A DNA stretch of 48,060 nt from Chthoniobacter flavus (GTDB taxonomy: Bacteria > Verrucomicrobiota > Verrucomicrobiia > Chthoniobacterales > Terrimicrobiaceae), in NCBI GenBank assembly GCA_020718585.1, contig DYRS01000001.1, positions 40,458 through 88,517 on the forward strand, given 5' to 3'. Each line of letters starts with the position of its first letter. Positions within the stretch are counted from its first letter, which is position 1. The position numbers were made by a program, and so were the translations under genes. Of the stretch, positions 44,357-48,060 are shown one piece after another. Under the pieces are notes generated by a model. The model ran no database searches, was not told the origin of the DNA, and worked only from the letters and a program-made list of their open reading frames with translations.

Positions 44357-44877
44357 CGGGTGCGCTTCCGCTTGGCCGACGGCTTGCCGGCGGTAAGCTT
44401 CAATTTTCTGTTCGGCTTCGTCATGACCTCGATCTTGCGGAAGACCTCGACTTTGACCGGCACGACGCCCGAGTTGATCATCGAGATTTTTTCGGCGGCC
44501 GCCTTGCTGAGGTCAATGATCCGCCCGCGAATGTAAGGCCCGCGGTCGTTGATCCTGACGACCACGCTCTTGCCGTTTTTCATGTTCACAACCCGCACCA
44601 CAGAGTGCAGCGGGAGCGTCTTGTGCGCGGCGGTCATCGCCCTCGGGTTGAACCGCTCCCCGCTTGCGGTCGGCTGCGGCTCCCAGTAAAACGAGGCCTT
44701 CCCGTGGAGGGTGGAGATCGGCTTGGGATTGAAAATCGAGGGGATCCCCTCCGAGTCACCTGCGGAGGCGGCAGGCGCGGGGTCGGTGATGATGCGGCGC
44801 GGCGTGGCGCACCCGGAGACGAGCGTGACAAACGCGACGAAGGCCGACAGAAAAAGTTGGCGGGGATACTGTTTCAT
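44353..44877 (-). CDS. rlpA: RlpA-family (DPBB-fold) septal lytic transglycosylase-like lipoprotein
   Basis: Signal peptide with LVSGC lipobox. [57 protein letters not shown]. Confidence 0.85.
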   Translation of the reverse strand: MKQYPRQLFLSAFVAFVTLVSGCATPRRIITDPAPAASAGDSEGIPSIFNPKPISTLHGKASFYWEPQPTASGERFNPRAMTAAHKTLPLHSVVRVVNMKNGKSVVVRINDRGPYIRGRIIDLSKAAAEKISMINSGVVPVKVEVFRKIEVMTKPNRKLKLTAGKPSAKRKRTR

Positions 44878-45019
44878 CCAATGCGAACCGTCCTTGATAA
44901 CCCCCAGGAGCCGGACAGGAAAAGAAAAACAATGCCTTGAGTCGAAACGGGGATGCCTGCCCGAAGAATCGTAGGCGCATCACATTTCCTTCCACATCAG
45001 GATGTCTGTCGCTCCCGGG

Positions 45020-47800
45020 CTACTTTCCTTTTTGCCGGAGGACGAGCGCGGCTGCAGTGGCGGAGTAGCAGAGGGCGAGCCAGAACCCGGCGACGGCGGC
45101 GGAGGCGAGGATCGGGCCCGGGTTGAGGAAGACACGGCCTTTCGAGTAGCGCACGTCGTCGCGGGATTCCGATGACTCGTTGAAAATCTGTTTGATCGAG
45201 CCCTCGTCGGTCCGGACCTCTGAAAACTCGTGGCGGTGGCGTCCGACCGCGTGCGGGAAGACGGCGAGGTTTTGCCACGAGGTGTTCGCGGGCGAGAGTT
45301 CGTCATAGGATTCCGAATACTCGGTGCCGCCGAGCATCCAGCGGACAGATTCCTTTTCGCCGGGTGTGAGGAAGAGCGGGATTTTTGTGCGGTTGCTGAG
45401 AAGCGGGACGGCCTGGCCGTAGATGATCGAGACGTCCATGAGGCGCTGGCAGGAGAAGCTCGGGATGATCTGGCAGACCGCGCGCGCGCCGGCCGAGAGT
45501 TCGGGAAGGCTGAGCACGACGCCGCCGAAAAGGATCTGCGGGATGAGCAGGAGCGGGACCCACATGACCGCCTGCGCGGAGTTTTGGACGAGGCCGGAGA
45601 CCGCGAGCCCGATCGCCACGCCGACCAGCGCGGTCGCCGCCAGCGCGAGGATCCGCAGACCGACGGTGACAAACAAAATCCCCGCGAGCGTGCGTCCGCC
45701 CGATTCCACCGCATCGCGGAGATTCCAGCGCAGCTCGAAAAACCAGGCGGTGGGCGCGGCCGCCCAGAGGTCCGGGCGGAGCGGCGCCGCAGGTCTGCGG
45801 GCGGCTGCGGGAGCCGCGGCGGCCACCGCAGCCACCGCAGCGGGCTTAGGCGCGCCCTCCTCGACCGCTTCGAAGACCTCTTCCTCGCCGCCGCAGGCGG
45901 CGACCGCAGGATTTTTCGGGGTCGTGATTTCGCGGAATTCCGCGTACAGATCGGCGACCGACAATTTTGCCGGGCGGACTGCGTGGGATGTCGTCTGGAC
46001 GACGAGCAGGAGGGCGAGCGCCTGGAGGAGGGTGATACCGCCGAGGAAGAGGTATTTCCCGACGAGGTAGGAATGGAGTCCGAGCCCGCAGACGCGTTCG
46101 CGGCGGAAGACCGGCAGTTCCTTGACGATCTCCTGTGCGCCGTTGCTGCATCCGAACCAGAGGGTCGCCACGACGCAGAGGAACATCCGCAGCACGAGAT
46201 CCTCCGCAACCCAGCCGACGAGCAGCGCGATCAGCAGCGGCTGCGCGATCAGGAACACGAGGTTGAGCCGGTCGGCACCGAGGATTTTCCACTGGCGGTG
46301 GAGGAGCGTGCCGAGCGCGTGGAAAAACCCGGGCCGGCGGCGCGTGGCGGGCGGGATGTCGCCGAACGCCGAGAGGTCGAGCGCCGGTTGGCTGTAGGCG
46401 ACCGGCGGCTGAGGCGGACCTCCCGCCGCGAAATCCGCCGCCCACTCGTCGCCGGTCCTCCCCTCGTCAGCCAAGCGAACATAGACCTGGTCGAGGCTCT
46501 CGACCTGGAAATACGTGCGGGAGAGATCGGGCGGGCCGTCGAAGACGACGCGGCCGCCGTGGATAAACACGATTTTGTCGAACAGGTAGGCCCGCCCGAG
46601 CACATGCGTCGTGCAGATGACCGTGCAATCCTGCGCCGCGAGGCCGCGCAAAATTCTCATCAGCGAAAATTCCGTGGCAGGATCGAGCCCGGACGACGGC
46701 TCGTCGAGGAAGAGGACCGACGGCTTGTCGAGGAGTTCGGTGGCGATGCTCACCCTCTTGCGCTGTCCGCCGGAAAGCTGGGAGATCCGCTTGTCGCGGT
46801 GCTCGTCGAGTCCGAGCCGACGGATCGTCTCCTCGACGAGGAGGCGGAGCGGGCGCGCGGGAACACGCGGATCCAGCCGCAGCCTTGCACTGAAGACGAC
46901 CGCATCCACGACCCGAAGCTCGGGATGCACAATGTCGTCCTGCGGCACAAATCCGATCCCCTGCGATCCCGAGTCCCCGCCGATCGGGCGACCCTCGATG
47001 AGGACGCCGCCCGATGTCGCGGGGTTGATCCCGCAGAGCGCGTTGAGCAGGGTCGATTTCCCCTGTCCGCTGCCGCCGAGAATTCCCGAAAATGAGCACT
47101 GCGCGATCGAGAGCGTGATGTCGCGGATGATCGTGCGCCCGCCGACCTCGAATGCCAGTCCGCGCGCCTCGACGCGCCCACCGATCCGGGGCTGCGTGCG
47201 CCGGAACGAGATCCCGGTGAACTCGAAGCTGTAGCTGCCGACCTGGAACCGGTCGCCGACGGTGAGCCGGTGGGTCTCAAACCGCTGGCCGTTGAGAAAC
47301 GTCCCGGTCTGGCTCTCATCGGTCGCATGCCAGTCGCCGTCGCGCCTCGTAACCGACACATGCCGACGCGAAATCATCCGGTCGTCCGCATCGAGCAGCA
47401 CAAAATCTTCGCCTGCCCGCGCGGCGTCGGCCGCCCGCCCGAACGCAAGCCCGGCAGCCCCCTTGAGCGGGATCTCCTGAACCGGTGCTCCACGAAAAAC
47501 CGGCGCAGACGGGAGCCGGCGGAACCACAGGAACGCGCCGGCGACCTCGATGAAATCGCCGTCGCTCAGTGTCGCCGCGCGAGCGAGCGGGACCGCCCGC
47601 AGCCGCACAGAACCCCCATCGCACGGCACAAGCCGGAAGACGGAATCCTCAAAAACAATCCGCGCAAGCGGGCGCGCGACGCTCCCGGAATTCTGCAAAA
47701 GAATCTTCCCGGCGACGTCCGAGGTGACGTCGAGCGAGGTGTCACGAAGGTCTTCAATCCGGCAAACCCCGCCCTCGACGATGACAAGCAGGCAGTGCAT
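45020..47800 (-). CDS. FHA-domain-containing ABC transporter, fused ATPase plus ABC-2 (ABCG-like) permease
   Basis: 926 aa.
- **N-terminus:** a degenerate FHA-like domain (aa 1-95), then a canonical FHA domain (GRAADA...ISRRHVSVTRRDGDWHATDESQTGTFLNG).
- **Nucleotide-binding domain:** Walker A GGSGQGKST, signature LSGGQRKRVSIA, Walker B LFLDEPSSGLD.
- **Permease:** six predicted TM helices. There is an Ala/Pro/Glu-rich insert (GGEEEVFEAVEEGAPKPAAVAAVAAAAPAAARRPAAP) and a large loop before the last TM helix. Confidence 0.9.
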   Translation of the reverse strand: MHCLLVIVEGGVCRIEDLRDTSLDVTSDVAGKILLQNSGSVARPLARIVFEDSVFRLVPCDGGSVRLRAVPLARAATLSDGDFIEVAGAFLWFRRLPSAPVFRGAPVQEIPLKGAAGLAFGRAADAARAGEDFVLLDADDRMISRRHVSVTRRDGDWHATDESQTGTFLNGQRFETHRLTVGDRFQVGSYSFEFTGISFRRTQPRIGGRVEARGLAFEVGGRTIIRDITLSIAQCSFSGILGGSGQGKSTLLNALCGINPATSGGVLIEGRPIGGDSGSQGIGFVPQDDIVHPELRVVDAVVFSARLRLDPRVPARPLRLLVEETIRRLGLDEHRDKRISQLSGGQRKRVSIATELLDKPSVLFLDEPSSGLDPATEFSLMRILRGLAAQDCTVICTTHVLGRAYLFDKIVFIHGGRVVFDGPPDLSRTYFQVESLDQVYVRLADEGRTGDEWAADFAAGGPPQPPVAYSQPALDLSAFGDIPPATRRRPGFFHALGTLLHRQWKILGADRLNLVFLIAQPLLIALLVGWVAEDLVLRMFLCVVATLWFGCSNGAQEIVKELPVFRRERVCGLGLHSYLVGKYLFLGGITLLQALALLLVVQTTSHAVRPAKLSVADLYAEFREITTPKNPAVAACGGEEEVFEAVEEGAPKPAAVAAVAAAAPAAARRPAAPLRPDLWAAAPTAWFFELRWNLRDAVESGGRTLAGILFVTVGLRILALAATALVGVAIGLAVSGLVQNSAQAVMWVPLLLIPQILFGGVVLSLPELSAGARAVCQIIPSFSCQRLMDVSIIYGQAVPLLSNRTKIPLFLTPGEKESVRWMLGGTEYSESYDELSPANTSWQNLAVFPHAVGRHRHEFSEVRTDEGSIKQIFNESSESRDDVRYSKGRVFLNPGPILASAAVAGFWLALCYSATAAALVLRQKGK

Positions 47801-47840
47801 CTTCGGACGAAATTTCCCGCTGACACGGCCCGTCGGCCGG

Positions 47841-48050
47841 TCAGTAGCTGTAGCTGGTCGGCTTCGTCACCGCGTCAAAGTTGTCCGGGTTGTCAACCCG
47901 CGGACGCGATACTGTGCGGGTTTTTGCCTTGGGCTTCGGAGTCGGAGTGACCTCGATATAGACAGTGCGGTCAACGTAGGTCGTCCGGCAAGATGTCGTG
48001 GCCAGAATCCCAACGATTGCGAATGCGACGAGCAGGACGTGTGGTTTCAT
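47841..48050 (-). CDS. Small secreted protein or lipoprotein, hypothetical
   Basis: 69 aa. MKPHVLLVAFAIVGILATTSC is a signal peptide ending in Cys, followed by a Pro/Lys/Thr-rich segment. ATG at 48050. It lies 40 nt upstream of the FHA-ABC gene on the same strand. Confidence 0.5.
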   Translation of the reverse strand: MKPHVLLVAFAIVGILATTSCRTTYVDRTVYIEVTPTPKPKAKTRTVSRPRVDNPDNFDAVTKPTSYSY

Positions 48051-48060
48051 AAATTCAGTG

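Noticed and set aside
45001-45174. 57-codon plus-strand ORF preceded by a CACATTTCC..CCACAT motif, antisense to the ABC transporter 3' end.
   Set aside because: It is a Gly/Glu/Asp-rich antisense frame that overlaps the last predicted TM helix of the ABC permease. That helix reads convincingly on the minus strand. The upstream motif resemblance is short.

Overview
This is a high-GC chromosomal window from a Gram-negative bacterium. A single-subunit b558-type SdhC, a Wza/Wzc/beta-barrel EPS export module and generally weak Shine-Dalgarno signals would fit a Verrucomicrobiota/PVC-like organism, but that is inference only.

I support about 40 protein genes and 2 tRNAs, almost all on long, tightly packed same-strand runs.

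- **Core metabolism and information genes:** acnA, purH, purN, atpD-atpC, sdhCAB, sucCD, leuB, rplS-rnhB-yraN, rplU-rpmA, dnaK-groES-groEL, a UvrD/PcrA helicase, a standalone 5'-3' exonuclease, a family-4 UDG, tRNA-Pro(TGG) and tRNA-Leu(GAG).
- **Accessory content:**
  - A four-gene exopolysaccharide initiation/export module (beta-barrel OMP, Wza, Wzc BY-kinase, polyprenyl-P sugar transferase) with an AraC regulator and a small coiled-coil protein next to it.
  - A convergent metal-efflux pair (P1B ATPase with SPC/HEGST signature, plus a CDF).
  - A GH2 glycosidase.
  - A B12-binding radical SAM enzyme next to a HlyD-type adaptor.
  - A two-FHA-domain ABC-2 fusion transporter.
  - An orphan DinJ/RelB-like gene translationally coupled to purN-uvrD.

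I see no transposase, integrase, CRISPR array, reverse transcriptase or recognisable defence or toxin genes. I cannot point to an obvious new multi-gene system.

The least explained signals are non-coding:
- A 29-nt sequence is repeated exactly, in inverted orientation, 19 kb apart. A third copy forms a 21-bp stem that is G-U compensated on the GH2 sense strand only.
- TAGGGCCA direct repeats are phased at 10 and 20 bp.
- A perfect 19-bp inverted repeat fills the purH/coaB-like spacer.
- A perfect 14-nt tandem duplication sits between sucC and sucD.
- A cluster of GCCAT/ATGGC dyads lies between dnaK and the metal ATPase.

Many ORF-track starts are TTG/GTG maximal extensions. I trimmed them where an internal ATG matches the conserved N-terminus. 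The long ORFs antisense to real genes are treated as GC-driven artefacts.
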